From positions 21,394 to 85,393 of the forward strand of contig CAZSUU010000011.1 of assembly GCA_964610105.1 (NCBI GenBank): 64,000 bases of DNA. Direction: 5' to 3'. Below are positions 50,382 to 60,938 of this stretch, one piece after another; the stretch's first letter is position 1, and every line of letters begins with the position of its first letter. The stretch is from an uncultured Verrucomicrobiota bacterium. GTDB taxonomy: Bacteria; Verrucomicrobiota; Kiritimatiellia; PWTM01. Under the pieces are notes generated by a model. That model made no database searches, was not told the DNA's origin, and worked only from the letters and a program-made list of their open reading frames with translations. The translations under genes were made by a program, and so were the position numbers.

Positions 50382-53300
50382 CCAACGGCACATGCGTTTC
50401 GTGGATCGCTACCCTGGTCCGGATCGTCGCTTGCACGGTTTCGCCGCGTGCCGCGGCGCAACCGGCGGTCTCGTTCCTCGACGGCTGTAACGTCATGACA
50501 GATGCCAAGGAGAACGTGATCCCGCTTGCCGGCGAGTGGCGTTTCGAACTGGACCGCAAGGATGTCGGGGTCGCCGAGGGGTGGTTCGACAAGGAGTTGT
50601 CCCTGACCATCCGCCTGCCCGGCACGGTTTCCACGTGGAATCGGGGTGATCCGCTCACGGCTATCCGTCAGCAGATCTGGGGCGGCGAGTTCACGGATCA
50701 GCCGCTTTGGCACCCGATGATCCGCTCGGACTATCGGGGCAACGCGTGGTATCAGACTACCGTCGACATTCCAGCATCGTGGGCGGGAAAATCGATCGAG
50801 TTCTTCCTCGAACGCGCCTGCTGGATTTCGGAGGCGTGGATCGACGGCAAGTCCGCAGGACGCATCGATGCGCTCAGTGCGCCCCATCGGCATCAATTCG
50901 GTCAACTCGCGCCCGGCACCCACCGCATCACGCTGCGCATCGACAACCGGCAACTGCACGACCTCGGTTGCAACACGCACGCCTACCACGAGCAGTCATG
51001 CACCATCTACAACGGCGTGATCGGCCGGATCGAACTCTGCGCGGTCCCTGCCGTCGCGGTGACGGCAAACCAGGTCTATCCGAATGCCGCCACCGGTGTC
51101 TGCGACATGCACCTCACGCTGGCCAACACCACCGGCAAGCCGCAGGAAATCCGGATCACCGCCCGCATCCGCACCGATGGCACACCGGAGGTCCTCGCCG
51201 GCGCAAACCGCGTCGTGCAGCTCCCGCCGGGCGAAACGAAGCTCACCGTGCCGGTGACGCTTCCCGCCACCGCGGTGAAGCTCTGGAGCGAATTCGCCCG
51301 CCCGCTCTATCAGGCCGTCATCGAAACCCAAACGGCATCCAGCTCCGCCACCCGCGCGGATCGCTTCGGCATCCGGGATTTCAAGGGTGGTGCCCCGCGT
51401 TTCACCATCAACGGCAAGCCGGTGATGCTGCGCGGCGAGGCGAATAACGCGCAGTTTCCGCTGACCGGGTACCCGCCGATGGACAAGGCCACCTGGCTGA
51501 ACATCTTCACGCTCCTCAAGAATTTCGGCCTCAACCATTTCCGTTGCCACTCCTGGGTTCTGCCGGGGGCGGCATTCGACGCGGCGGACGAGCTCGGCAT
51601 CTACGTGCAGGTGGAACTGCCGAATGGCGAGGCTTCGGTCGCCACGGATTCCGAAGCCGGTCTGCAATGGCGTCAGGCGGAGTTCGACCGTATTCTGGAG
51701 ACCTACGGCAACCATCCCTCGTTCGTTCTCCTCTCGGGCGGCAACGAGGCCAAGACGCCGAAGATCGATTTCCTGAAGTCCCTGGTCGTACGCGGCAAGG
51801 CCAACGATCCGCGCCGCCTCTACGCCACCATCTCCAATCCCGAGGCCAGCGGCATCCGGGACGAGGTGCCCGGCGACGATTTCGCCGTCGCCCACGGCAG
51901 CGCGGGCGGCCGCCGGCGCATGGAGGCGTTCATCAACCGCGAGGCCCCGGAGACGGTCGGCGATTACCGCGCCACCATGGCCGGCCGCCCCGTCCCGCAG
52001 ATCAGCCACGAGACCGGCCAGTGGTATGTCTATCCGGACCTCTCGGAAATCGGCAAATACTCAGGCGCGCTCCGACCGGTTACACTCGAGCATTTCCGCG
52101 ATGTCGCGCGGCGGGAAGGCGTGCTCGCGCAGGTGCCGGATTTCGTCAAGGCCACCGGCCTGCTTTCGCTGGAACTCTACAAGGAGGAAATCGAGCGCTC
52201 GCTGCGCACGCCGGAGTATGGCGGCTTCCAGTTGCTAGGCCTTCAGGATTCCTTCGACCAAGGCGCGGCCTACGTCGGCATGGTCAACAGTTTCTTCGAG
52301 CCGAAGACTTTCGTTAAAACGGAACGGTTCCGCGAGTTCTGCGGCCCGCAAATCCCGCTCGCCCGCATGGCGAAACGCGTCTGGATCAGCGGTGAGACTT
52401 TCACCGCCGAGATTGATTTCGCCAACTACGGTCCGGCTCCGCTCGACAAAGCCACCTTGGCCTGGCGCGTTACCGATGGCGCGAAACCCATCGCCCAAGG
52501 CAGCCTGCCGACGATGACCTTGCCCGATTGCGGCCTCACCCAGGTCGGCTCCGTTTCCCTGCCGCTTCCATCGTTCCGCGCGGCCCGGCAACTGCAGCTT
52601 GAGGTCGGCCTGCGCGGCGGCTCGATTCGCAATCGTTGGAATTTCTGGGTCTATCCCGCCGCCACGCAGCCTTTCCGCGCTCCGAATGTTACGGTGGTTT
52701 CCTCATTCGACACCGCGGCCCGCGAGGCGCTGCGCGCCGGCAGAAACGTCGTCCTCCTGCCGTCCGGATTCAACAGTCCTTACCCCACTGCGATGACACC
52801 GCCGTTCTGGTCGCCCATCATGTTCGCGAACCAGAAACAAGTGCTCGGTTTGCTCTGTGACCCCATGCATCCGGCGCTCGCAGATTTCCCCACGGCCGGG
52901 CACAGCGACTGGCAGTGGTTCGACCTGTTGTTCCAGGCCTCTGCGATTCGCCTGCAAGGCACGCCGGAAGGCTATCACCCCATTGTCCAGGCCATCGATA
53001 GGCCTGACCGCGCCCACAAACTGGCGCTCGTATATGAGACCCGGGTCGGTGCCGGCAAACTGCTGGTCTGCACGCTCGATCTCAACCGAGACCTGGACAA
53101 GCGTCCGGCCGCCTGTCAACTCCGCCGCAGTCTGCTCGCCTACGCCGCCAGTCCGGCCTTCAATCCGACGGTGGAAATTCCGCTGGACGGAAACCTGCCG
53201 GCCTTCACCCGCGAGTCGTTCCTAGCCCGGCTCGCACCGAAAATGAGCGCCTCGACCGAGCACGAGAATTTCTGGGCCATGAACGCTGCCGACAACAGCC

Positions 53301-53638
53301 CGGATACCTGCTGGCACTCGAACTGGAATCCGCCCGAACCCGCCTTGCCGCACTCGCTCGTCGTCGAACTCAGGCGGCCGGTCACCGTCAACGGCTTCAC
53401 CCAGACGCCGCGCAGGGACTGCGATCACGGCCGCATCGCCCACTACCGCATCTACGCCGGCGATGACGGCGAGAATTGGAAGCCGGTGGCCGAAGGCACC
53501 TGGCCGAACAGCGACCAACCCCAGAAAGTCATGCTGAAGAAGCCCGTCACCGCGCGCTTCTTCAAGCTTGAGTCCTTGAGGGAAGTGCAGAATCGTTCTT
53601 GGACATCTGTCGCCGAGTTCGACGTGGTGCCGGAATAG
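50378..53638 (+). CDS. GH2 family glycoside hydrolase with C-terminal discoidin domain
   Basis: GH2 sugar-binding domain (NAWYQTTVDIPASWAGKSIEFFLERACWISEAWIDGK), TIM barrel (NHFRCHSWVLPGAAFDAADELGIYVQVELPN), C-terminal F5/8 C. Start ambiguous: GTG 50378 (signal-peptide-like, overlaps GH29 stop) or ATG 50495. Confidence 0.7.
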   Translation: MTNGTCVSWIATLVRIVACTVSPRAAAQPAVSFLDGCNVMTDAKENVIPLAGEWRFELDRKDVGVAEGWFDKELSLTIRLPGTVSTWNRGDPLTAIRQQIWGGEFTDQPLWHPMIRSDYRGNAWYQTTVDIPASWAGKSIEFFLERACWISEAWIDGKSAGRIDALSAPHRHQFGQLAPGTHRITLRIDNRQLHDLGCNTHAYHEQSCTIYNGVIGRIELCAVPAVAVTANQVYPNAATGVCDMHLTLANTTGKPQEIRITARIRTDGTPEVLAGANRVVQLPPGETKLTVPVTLPATAVKLWSEFARPLYQAVIETQTASSSATRADRFGIRDFKGGAPRFTINGKPVMLRGEANNAQFPLTGYPPMDKATWLNIFTLLKNFGLNHFRCHSWVLPGAAFDAADELGIYVQVELPNGEASVATDSEAGLQWRQAEFDRILETYGNHPSFVLLSGGNEAKTPKIDFLKSLVVRGKANDPRRLYATISNPEASGIRDEVPGDDFAVAHGSAGGRRRMEAFINREAPETVGDYRATMAGRPVPQISHETGQWYVYPDLSEIGKYSGALRPVTLEHFRDVARREGVLAQVPDFVKATGLLSLELYKEEIERSLRTPEYGGFQLLGLQDSFDQGAAYVGMVNSFFEPKTFVKTERFREFCGPQIPLARMAKRVWISGETFTAEIDFANYGPAPLDKATLAWRVTDGAKPIAQGSLPTMTLPDCGLTQVGSVSLPLPSFRAARQLQLEVGLRGGSIRNRWNFWVYPAATQPFRAPNVTVVSSFDTAAREALRAGRNVVLLPSGFNSPYPTAMTPPFWSPIMFANQKQVLGLLCDPMHPALADFPTAGHSDWQWFDLLFQASAIRLQGTPEGYHPIVQAIDRPDRAHKLALVYETRVGAGKLLVCTLDLNRDLDKRPAACQLRRSLLAYAASPAFNPTVEIPLDGNLPAFTRESFLARLAPKMSASTEHENFWAMNAADNSPDTCWHSNWNPPEPALPHSLVVELRRPVTVNGFTQTPRRDCDHGRIAHYRIYAGDDGENWKPVAEGTWPNSDQPQKVMLKKPVTARFFKLESLREVQNRSWTSVAEFDVVPE

Positions 53639-53650
53639 CAAGGAGTACTT

Positions 53651-55966
53651 ATGAAACAGCTGCAAGTTGCCGTGCTTCCGAGCGTCCAGCCACGTTGTCG
53701 TCAACGAACGCCCCCTGGTCGACGATCATGCCGCAAAGCCGCCGCAGTATCGGCGGCGAAGGCCTCGGTTGGCGTTCTGGTGGGAGGATTGATCCTGCAA
53801 TCGGTGCGGGCTGGAGACATTGCCTTTCCGAACGCGCTCGACGCCGCCGCGGTTCAGCAAGACCGCTTGGATGAGATCCACCGCCGCGCCCTGCCGCTCG
53901 GCAACGGCGACTTGAACGCGCTGCTGTGCGACCGTGATGGCGTGCTGTGCCTTCGCCTGACGAAGAACGACATTTGGGACGCGCGCATCGACACCTCGCA
54001 GGATCCGCCACTGCTCCGGATGGATGTGCGCGACCGTTCCTGGAGCGGCGGATCCGACCGTGTGTCCAGTTGGTCGGATCATCCGTATCCGCAGCCGCGC
54101 TGCGCGGCGGTCATCCGCATTGGTTCGGCGGAGCAAAAGGAGCCCGTCACCCAGGCGCATCTCGATCTGCGCCGTGCCGTGGCGCGCGCCAACAACACAA
54201 CGGTCCGCATTCTTGCGGACCGCAATGTCGTCCTGGTCGATGGCGGCCGACCGATCACCCTGGAGGAGGTCAAGGCCAGGGAGTTGCCGCCGGCACAACT
54301 GGGCGAGACGGATGGCGCGAAATGGCTGCACATGAAGATGCCCGGCGACGCGGATTATCCCGGGATGGAATACGCCATCGCGGTCGCGGCCCGCGGGACA
54401 CGGCAAGCGGTGGGCGTGGCGACTTCGTTCGACACGCGCGGGCCGGTGCTGGCCGCAGCGGTCGATCTTGCGCGGGAAGGATTCAAAGAGGATGCAGTCT
54501 CCCGGCACGAAACCGTTTGGGAGAAGTTCTGGGCCGCCTCCGGTCTGGAGCTGGGCGACCCGTTCTTCCAGGACGCCTGGTATCGCAACCTCTACTACAT
54601 GCGGTGCTTCGCGTCCGCGGATTCGCCGTTGCCGATCATGTTGTTCGCCGGCCTGTCGAAGGACGAAACGCCGTGGCATGGCGCGCCGACCTTGGACTAC
54701 AACTTCCAGCAGACCTTCTGGCCGATGTTCGTCTGCAATCATGCCGACCTCGCCGAGCCGTACGTCCGGTTCCTGCAAAACTATGCCCCCCGCGGCCGCT
54801 GGCTGGCCCGGCAGACGTATAGGGTGGATGGGCTGTTTTTGCCGGTGAACATTTTCGGACCGGAACACCTGGTCGCCCCGGACAAGGCCAAGAGCAACAA
54901 CGCACGCCAGATCTGCTATGTACCCTGGTCGTATGCACTGGGCTGCACGGGCTGGGCGCTGCAGAATGTGTGGTGGCGCTATACATACGCCCCCGACCGG
55001 GAGTATTTGGAGTCGGTCTATCCGCTGTTCCGGGATGGCGCGGAGTTTTATGCCAACATCCTCGAACAGTGCCGGGACGGGGAACTCGGTCCGAGCTACA
55101 ACCCGGAACACGGACCGTTCGGCACGTTCAACAATCCCGTGGACCTCGCGTATGTCCGCTTCCTGCTCGCCACGGCCGCGGAGGCGGCCGGGCTGTTGAA
55201 AAGGGACGCGACGCTCGCGCAGCGCTGGCGGCGGCAGTCGGCGCGTGTGCCGGCCTACGAGACGACGCTGTTCGAGGGTAAAACGATCGTCGCCGACTGG
55301 AAAGGCGCGACGGCCGATTCCGTGCCGGAACATAACGTCGTCGTTCCGACCGTTCCGATCTTCCCGGCGGAGCAAGTCACCTGGTTCTCGCCGGACAGCG
55401 AGAAGCAGCTCTTCGAGCGCACGCTGCGCTGGGTCAAATTCCACGACTTCAATTCACATATCATGGCCAACGTGCAGCGGGCGCGGTTCTCCATGCCCGA
55501 GGCCTTCACCCGGGCGCGCGAACACTTCGCCAAGCTGCTCACTCCCAACGGCCTTTTCGCGGAATGGCCCGGTCATGGCTCCTATCTTTCGGAAAGCTGG
55601 GCCTTTGCGGGATTGACGGGGGAACTGTTGCTGCAAAGCGTGGACGACATCATCCGCGTGTTCCCTGCCTGGCCCCTGGAGCACGACGCGGCTTTTGTCG
55701 ATCTCCGCGCGCAGGGCGGCTTGCTCGTGAGCGCGGAACAGAAGTCGGGCCGGATCGGATGCGTGGCGATAGAGGCCACCGTGGCGAAAACGGCGCGGGT
55801 GCTGAATCCCTGGCCTGACCAGCCGGTGGTTGCCGTCAATGCAACGACGGGAAAACAGGCGCCCGGGATGTCGTACGCAAACCGCGTGCTGACGTTCCAG
55901 GTGAACGCCGGCCAACTTTATCATGTTAAACCTGAGTCCGACGCCGCGTGGAAATATAATCCATGA
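53651..55966 (+). CDS. GH95/DUF5703-like glycoside-hydrolase-family protein, paralog 3
   Basis: LPLGNGDLNALL and LRLTKNDIWD motifs; paralogous to 36515..39022. Confidence 0.65.
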   Translation: MKQLQVAVLPSVQPRCRQRTPPGRRSCRKAAAVSAAKASVGVLVGGLILQSVRAGDIAFPNALDAAAVQQDRLDEIHRRALPLGNGDLNALLCDRDGVLCLRLTKNDIWDARIDTSQDPPLLRMDVRDRSWSGGSDRVSSWSDHPYPQPRCAAVIRIGSAEQKEPVTQAHLDLRRAVARANNTTVRILADRNVVLVDGGRPITLEEVKARELPPAQLGETDGAKWLHMKMPGDADYPGMEYAIAVAARGTRQAVGVATSFDTRGPVLAAAVDLAREGFKEDAVSRHETVWEKFWAASGLELGDPFFQDAWYRNLYYMRCFASADSPLPIMLFAGLSKDETPWHGAPTLDYNFQQTFWPMFVCNHADLAEPYVRFLQNYAPRGRWLARQTYRVDGLFLPVNIFGPEHLVAPDKAKSNNARQICYVPWSYALGCTGWALQNVWWRYTYAPDREYLESVYPLFRDGAEFYANILEQCRDGELGPSYNPEHGPFGTFNNPVDLAYVRFLLATAAEAAGLLKRDATLAQRWRRQSARVPAYETTLFEGKTIVADWKGATADSVPEHNVVVPTVPIFPAEQVTWFSPDSEKQLFERTLRWVKFHDFNSHIMANVQRARFSMPEAFTRAREHFAKLLTPNGLFAEWPGHGSYLSESWAFAGLTGELLLQSVDDIIRVFPAWPLEHDAAFVDLRAQGGLLVSAEQKSGRIGCVAIEATVAKTARVLNPWPDQPVVAVNATTGKQAPGMSYANRVLTFQVNAGQLYHVKPESDAAWKYNP

Positions 55967-58900
55967 AGGCACTCAACATCATACGGCTTCTCATCCTCAT
56001 GTTCCCGCTGGCGGCGGTGAACAGCCATGCCCGCATGAGCGCCACCGATCTCCGCTGCCAATACCAGCGCGATCCGGTCGCCGTGGATGCGGTTGCGCCG
56101 CGGTTGGGCTGGGTGATGGAATCCGATGCGCGCGGGGACCGGCAAACGGCCTACCGGATTCTCGTCGCCTCCTCGGCCGACCGCCTGCGGCGCGACGAGG
56201 GTGATCTCTGGGACTCCGGGAAAGTGGCGTCGCCCGAACAAAACCAGGTCGCGTACGCGGGCAAGCTGCTCGCCGCCAACGCGGAGTGTTTCTGGAAGGT
56301 GCAGGTCTGGGACAAGGACGGCAAGGAGTCCGCGTGGAGTCAGCCGGCGCGCTGGGGCATGGGTTTGCTGAAACCCGTCGGCCCGCCTGCGCCGAACGGC
56401 TCCGGCGCGGTTGGCTGGCAGGCCAAGTGGATTGGCGGGAATCCGCAGCCGGTCGCCCAGGTGGAGGGGTGTCCGTGGGTTTGGTTTCCCGAAGGCAACC
56501 CGGCGGAGAATGCCCCGGCCGGCAAACGGTATTTCCGCAAGGTCGTGCCGATTCCCGCCGGGGTGAACGTGAGCGCCGCCACCCTCATCGCCACCGCCGA
56601 CAACCGGATGATCGTGCGGGCAAACGGGCAGAAGGCCGGAGAAGCAAGCCGTTGGGAGAACCTGCACCGCTTCGACCTCGCGTCATGCATCGAGCCGGGT
56701 CGTAACGCGATCGCCATCGAGGCTGAAAACCCGATTCCCAGCCCGGCCGGACTGGTCGGGAGACTCGTGGTCGCGTTGGACGACGGCACGGAACTGACCG
56801 TGCCCGTGGACGCGTCGTGGAAATGTGCGGATCGCCCCGGGGATGGCTGGACCCAGCCGGAATTCGACGACAGCACTTGGGTTGCGGCGCGGGAACTCGG
56901 GCCGTTTGGCATGGCGCCGTGGGGGCGGCCCGCCGCGGGATCTCCGTCGCTGCCCTTGTTCCGCCGCGAATTCACCGTCGAAAAGCCGTTGCGCCGCGCC
57001 GTCGTGCATGTCTGCGGGCTTGGTCAACAGGAGTTGTTCCTTGATGGACGAAAGGTCGGCGATCATTTCCTCGATCCGGCCTGGACGGTTTTCGAGGAGA
57101 CCCTTTTCTACACCAGTTTCGACATCACGTCACAACTGCGCCCCGGCAAGCATGCCTTCGGCGTGATGCTGGGCAAGGGCTTCTACAACACAGCCGGTGA
57201 CCGGCGTGTTCACGGCGTGCATGCCAGCCGCCCGCTCAAGCTCATCCTGCAGGCGCATCTGCATTATGCCGACGGTACCGAACAGGTCGTCGTCAGCGAT
57301 GACAACTGGCGCACCGCATCCGGCCCGATCACGCACAGCGCCATCCTCGGGGGCGAAGACTACGACGCGCGAGCCATGCCGGACGGATGGATGCTCGCGA
57401 CGTTCGACGATTCGCGCTGGCAACGCGCGGTGGAGACCGACGGTCCCGGCGGCGAGCTGCGCGCCGCCCATTCCCCGCCGCTCAAGAGACACGAGGTGTT
57501 CAAACCGGTTCGCGTCGATGAACCGGAGCCGGGGATCTTCGTCTACGACTTCGGGCAGAATGCCTCAGCCATTCCGTCCTTGCGCGTGCGCGGGCAGGCG
57601 GGGCAGAAGGTCAAACTCATCCCCGCCGAGCAACGCCACGGCTCGGCGCCCCGGCGCAACGACGGACGCGGACTGGTGAATCCGGCCGGTGTCGGCCACC
57701 CGAATTACTGGGAATACACGCTGCGCGGTGGGGCGTCGGAGAGTTGGTCGCCGCAATTCAATTACAGCGGGTTTCAATATATCCAGGTCGACGGGGCCGT
57801 GCCGCAGGGGCGGCCCAATCCGCGCAACCTGCCGGTGATCGAGGAACTGGTATCGGTCCACGTTCGCAACGCCGCGCCGGCGGTCGGTCGCTTCGAGTGT
57901 TCGGAGCCGTTGTTCAATGCCATTGACCAGAACATCGATTGGGCCGTGCGCGCCAACCTTTCGCACGTGCTCACGGATTGTCCGCACCGCGAGAAACTCG
58001 GCTGGCTCGAGGTGTCCTACCTGATGGGACCCTCTATCGCCGGGCGTTACGATGTTTCCGGTTTCTATTCCAAGATCGCCCGCGACTGCAGGGATTCGCA
58101 GCGCCCCGACGGCCTGGTGCCGACCGTGGCCCCGGCCTATCCCGTCTTCAGCGGCGGATTCGCCTACACCCCCGAATCGGGCGCCGCCGCCGTGATCGTC
58201 CCGTGGCAGGTTCACCGGTGGTACGGCGACACGGCGGTGCTCGCGGCGAACTACGAAACCATGCGCGGCTACGTGCAATACATGCGCGACACCGCCACCG
58301 ATCTTGTGCCGCGCCCCGGCCTGGGCGATTGGTACGATTACGGCGGCGAAACCAAAGGGGCGTCGCAATTCACGCCGGTCGAACTGAGCGCGATGGCCAC
58401 CTTTTACCGTTGCGCGCGGATCGTGGCGGACACGGCGGGATTGCTCGGCAAGAACGGGGACCGGGACACGTTCGCCCAACTCGCCAACCAAATCCGCGAC
58501 GCCTTCAACGCCCGGTTCTTCGACGGCAAGGGCGAATACAAGAACAGTGGCAGCCCGCAGTGCGCCAACAGCATGGCGCTGGCGCTCGGCCTGGCGCCGC
58601 CGGGTCAGGAGCAAGCCGTGCTGGACCGGATTATCGCCGACCTGCGTGCCCGCGGCAACCAGCAGACCGCCGGCGACATCGGCTTTGTTTACCTGATCGA
58701 AACCCTCGCAAGATTCGGCCGCCACGACGCGATTTGCGATATGACCGTCCGGACCAACATGGGCAGCTACGGCTTCATCGTGAACAACGGGTGGACGGCG
58801 ATGCCGGAGGCGTGGGACGCCAACACCGGCGCCTCGATGAATCACTGCATGTTGGGCCACATCCAGCAGTGGTTTCTCGGATCGCTGGCGGGCATTCGTC

Positions 58901-59229
58901 CCGAGCCGGTGTCACCGGGGTTCGCCCGCTTCATCGTCGCGCCGGAGCCGGTGGGCAGGGTGACCTGGGCGCGCGGCGAATACGATTCCATCCGCGGCCG
59001 CATCGCGTCGTCCTGGAAGATTGACGGCGGGCAATTCCGCCTGAGTGTCGCCATCCCGCCCAACACAACGGCGATGGTATTCGTGCCGGCGGCCAAGCCG
59101 GAGGACGTTAATGAATCCGGCAAGTCCGCCGATGCCGTCTCCGGCGTGAAATTCCTGCGCCATGAGAACGGCAAGGCCGTGTTCGAGGTCGGTTCCGGGA
59201 AATTCGAATTCAGCATGCCACACCACTAA
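55963..59229 (+). CDS. GH78 alpha-L-rhamnosidase
   Basis: Signal peptide; N-terminal LRCQYQRDPVAVD...PRLGWVMESD...QTAYRILVASS typical of bacterial rhamnosidases; ~1088 aa. Confidence 0.8.
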   Translation: MKALNIIRLLILMFPLAAVNSHARMSATDLRCQYQRDPVAVDAVAPRLGWVMESDARGDRQTAYRILVASSADRLRRDEGDLWDSGKVASPEQNQVAYAGKLLAANAECFWKVQVWDKDGKESAWSQPARWGMGLLKPVGPPAPNGSGAVGWQAKWIGGNPQPVAQVEGCPWVWFPEGNPAENAPAGKRYFRKVVPIPAGVNVSAATLIATADNRMIVRANGQKAGEASRWENLHRFDLASCIEPGRNAIAIEAENPIPSPAGLVGRLVVALDDGTELTVPVDASWKCADRPGDGWTQPEFDDSTWVAARELGPFGMAPWGRPAAGSPSLPLFRREFTVEKPLRRAVVHVCGLGQQELFLDGRKVGDHFLDPAWTVFEETLFYTSFDITSQLRPGKHAFGVMLGKGFYNTAGDRRVHGVHASRPLKLILQAHLHYADGTEQVVVSDDNWRTASGPITHSAILGGEDYDARAMPDGWMLATFDDSRWQRAVETDGPGGELRAAHSPPLKRHEVFKPVRVDEPEPGIFVYDFGQNASAIPSLRVRGQAGQKVKLIPAEQRHGSAPRRNDGRGLVNPAGVGHPNYWEYTLRGGASESWSPQFNYSGFQYIQVDGAVPQGRPNPRNLPVIEELVSVHVRNAAPAVGRFECSEPLFNAIDQNIDWAVRANLSHVLTDCPHREKLGWLEVSYLMGPSIAGRYDVSGFYSKIARDCRDSQRPDGLVPTVAPAYPVFSGGFAYTPESGAAAVIVPWQVHRWYGDTAVLAANYETMRGYVQYMRDTATDLVPRPGLGDWYDYGGETKGASQFTPVELSAMATFYRCARIVADTAGLLGKNGDRDTFAQLANQIRDAFNARFFDGKGEYKNSGSPQCANSMALALGLAPPGQEQAVLDRIIADLRARGNQQTAGDIGFVYLIETLARFGRHDAICDMTVRTNMGSYGFIVNNGWTAMPEAWDANTGASMNHCMLGHIQQWFLGSLAGIRPEPVSPGFARFIVAPEPVGRVTWARGEYDSIRGRIASSWKIDGGQFRLSVAIPPNTTAMVFVPAAKPEDVNESGKSADAVSGVKFLRHENGKAVFEVGSGKFEFSMPHH

Positions 59230-59270
59230 GACTCTTGTATGAAAGAGATTCTGAAAGCTCGTAAGACAGC

Positions 59271-60917
59271 ATGAAAACAACGATTAAAGTCCTGATGTTC
59301 CTGGCCGTCCCGTTTGCGGGGCTGGCCGATGACGGCTACGGCCCGGTCGGCGCGCAGCACGCGCCTTCCTCCTACCGCGCGCCGGCGGATTTGGCGCCCG
59401 GCGGCTCGTTCATTGACCGCATCCTGCCGATGCCGGTTCCCAACGGCCTCCGCTCGGACGCCTGGGGCGGCAACAACGTGAAACCGCGCGTGGTGGAGAA
59501 TGGGCTTGAGGACCCTGCGTGGTCTTACTGGTGCATGAGTGTCCACCGGGAGGCCGACGGTCTTTATCACATGTTCGCCACACGCTGGTCGGAGGCCGAC
59601 CCACGCGGGCACAACGCCTGGCCGGACTCCCGCGTCGTCCATGCCACCTCCCCATCTCCCACCGGGCCGTTCACCGTCAAGCAGGAGGTCGGGCCCGGCC
59701 ACAACGTGATGTGTTACCGCGCCAAAGACGGAACCTATGTGCTTTATGTGATAGGCGGAGCTTACACCGCAAAGTCCGTGGACGGGCCATGGAACAAGTT
59801 CGATCTGAAATACGACCGCCGCGGAATGCCGGCGGTCGCGATGAGCAATCATTCATTCGCCATCCGCGAGGACGGCAGCGTCCTGATGGTGTCCCGCGCC
59901 GGTCACATCTGGATCAGCGAGGACGGCCTCAAGCCATTCCGCAAGATCACCACGAAGAGTCTCTATCCCCGGATTCCCGGCCGCTTCGAAGACCCGATCG
60001 TCTGGCGCGATGAAGTCCAATACCATCTCATCGTCAACGACTGGTATGGTCGCACCGCGTTCTACCTGCGCTCGCCCGATGGCGCAAACTGGACTTGGGA
60101 CGAGGGCAAAGCCTACGACATCGAAGTCGTCCGCCATCCGGACGGCGGCAAGGAAGGCTGGCACAAGCTCGAACGCCCCAATGTGCTCCAGGACAATCAC
60201 GGTCGCGCCACCCACCTGTACCTGGCGGCGATGGACGCGCCGAAGGACATAGACCGTGGTTCCGACGGCCACAGCTCGAAAGTCGTCGCCTTGCCGCTCG
60301 TGGTTGAGCGCCGGATGGAAATCCTGCCCGCCAACGCGGAGTCCGGCTCAAAGGTTCGCGTGAGAATCCTTGCCGAGCCGGGATTCGACCCCTCCGCACT
60401 CGACCCCGCGTCCCTGCGCTTCGGCCCGCCCGCCGAGGTGAACCGCAGCAAGGGATCCACGGCGGTAGGGGTAGTTGTTAGCGGCGGCAATCTCATCGTG
60501 ACCTTCGATTCCAAGGGCGGGGAGTCTGCTCCGACCGATCCGGTGGCGAAACTGCTCGGGAGAACCAAGCAGGGCGACCTCGTGCTCGGCTACGTGCGGA
60601 CCCCTGGCCATGCGGGACTCAAGGAGATTCTCTCGCCGCAGCCGCCCCGGATTACCGGTCCTGGCATGCTGGCGGTCACCGTGGAGAATTTCGGTCTGAG
60701 AATATCCGCTCCCACCACCGTGAAGATCTCGCTGCGCGGCGACGGAATTGCCCCGATCGTCCTCACCGCCCCGGCGCCCGCGCTCGAGCCCTATGCCGCC
60801 ACCGAGGTTTCCCTGGAGATTGATCCGAAACGTGTTTCCGGAAAACACCTCCAGGCCGAAACCACCGTCGGCCATCCGGATGCCGCATCATCGATCACCA
60901 GCGACTTGAGGTTCTAA
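59271..60917 (+). CDS. secreted beta-propeller glycoside hydrolase (GH43/GH117-like, tentative) with C-terminal beta-sandwich region
   Basis: Signal peptide; DPAWSYWCMSVHREADGLYHMFATRW propeller-blade-like motif. Confidence 0.5.
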   Translation: MKTTIKVLMFLAVPFAGLADDGYGPVGAQHAPSSYRAPADLAPGGSFIDRILPMPVPNGLRSDAWGGNNVKPRVVENGLEDPAWSYWCMSVHREADGLYHMFATRWSEADPRGHNAWPDSRVVHATSPSPTGPFTVKQEVGPGHNVMCYRAKDGTYVLYVIGGAYTAKSVDGPWNKFDLKYDRRGMPAVAMSNHSFAIREDGSVLMVSRAGHIWISEDGLKPFRKITTKSLYPRIPGRFEDPIVWRDEVQYHLIVNDWYGRTAFYLRSPDGANWTWDEGKAYDIEVVRHPDGGKEGWHKLERPNVLQDNHGRATHLYLAAMDAPKDIDRGSDGHSSKVVALPLVVERRMEILPANAESGSKVRVRILAEPGFDPSALDPASLRFGPPAEVNRSKGSTAVGVVVSGGNLIVTFDSKGGESAPTDPVAKLLGRTKQGDLVLGYVRTPGHAGLKEILSPQPPRITGPGMLAVTVENFGLRISAPTTVKISLRGDGIAPIVLTAPAPALEPYAATEVSLEIDPKRVSGKHLQAETTVGHPDAASSITSDLRF

Positions 60918-60938
60918 CCGATTGCCGATTTTCAATTT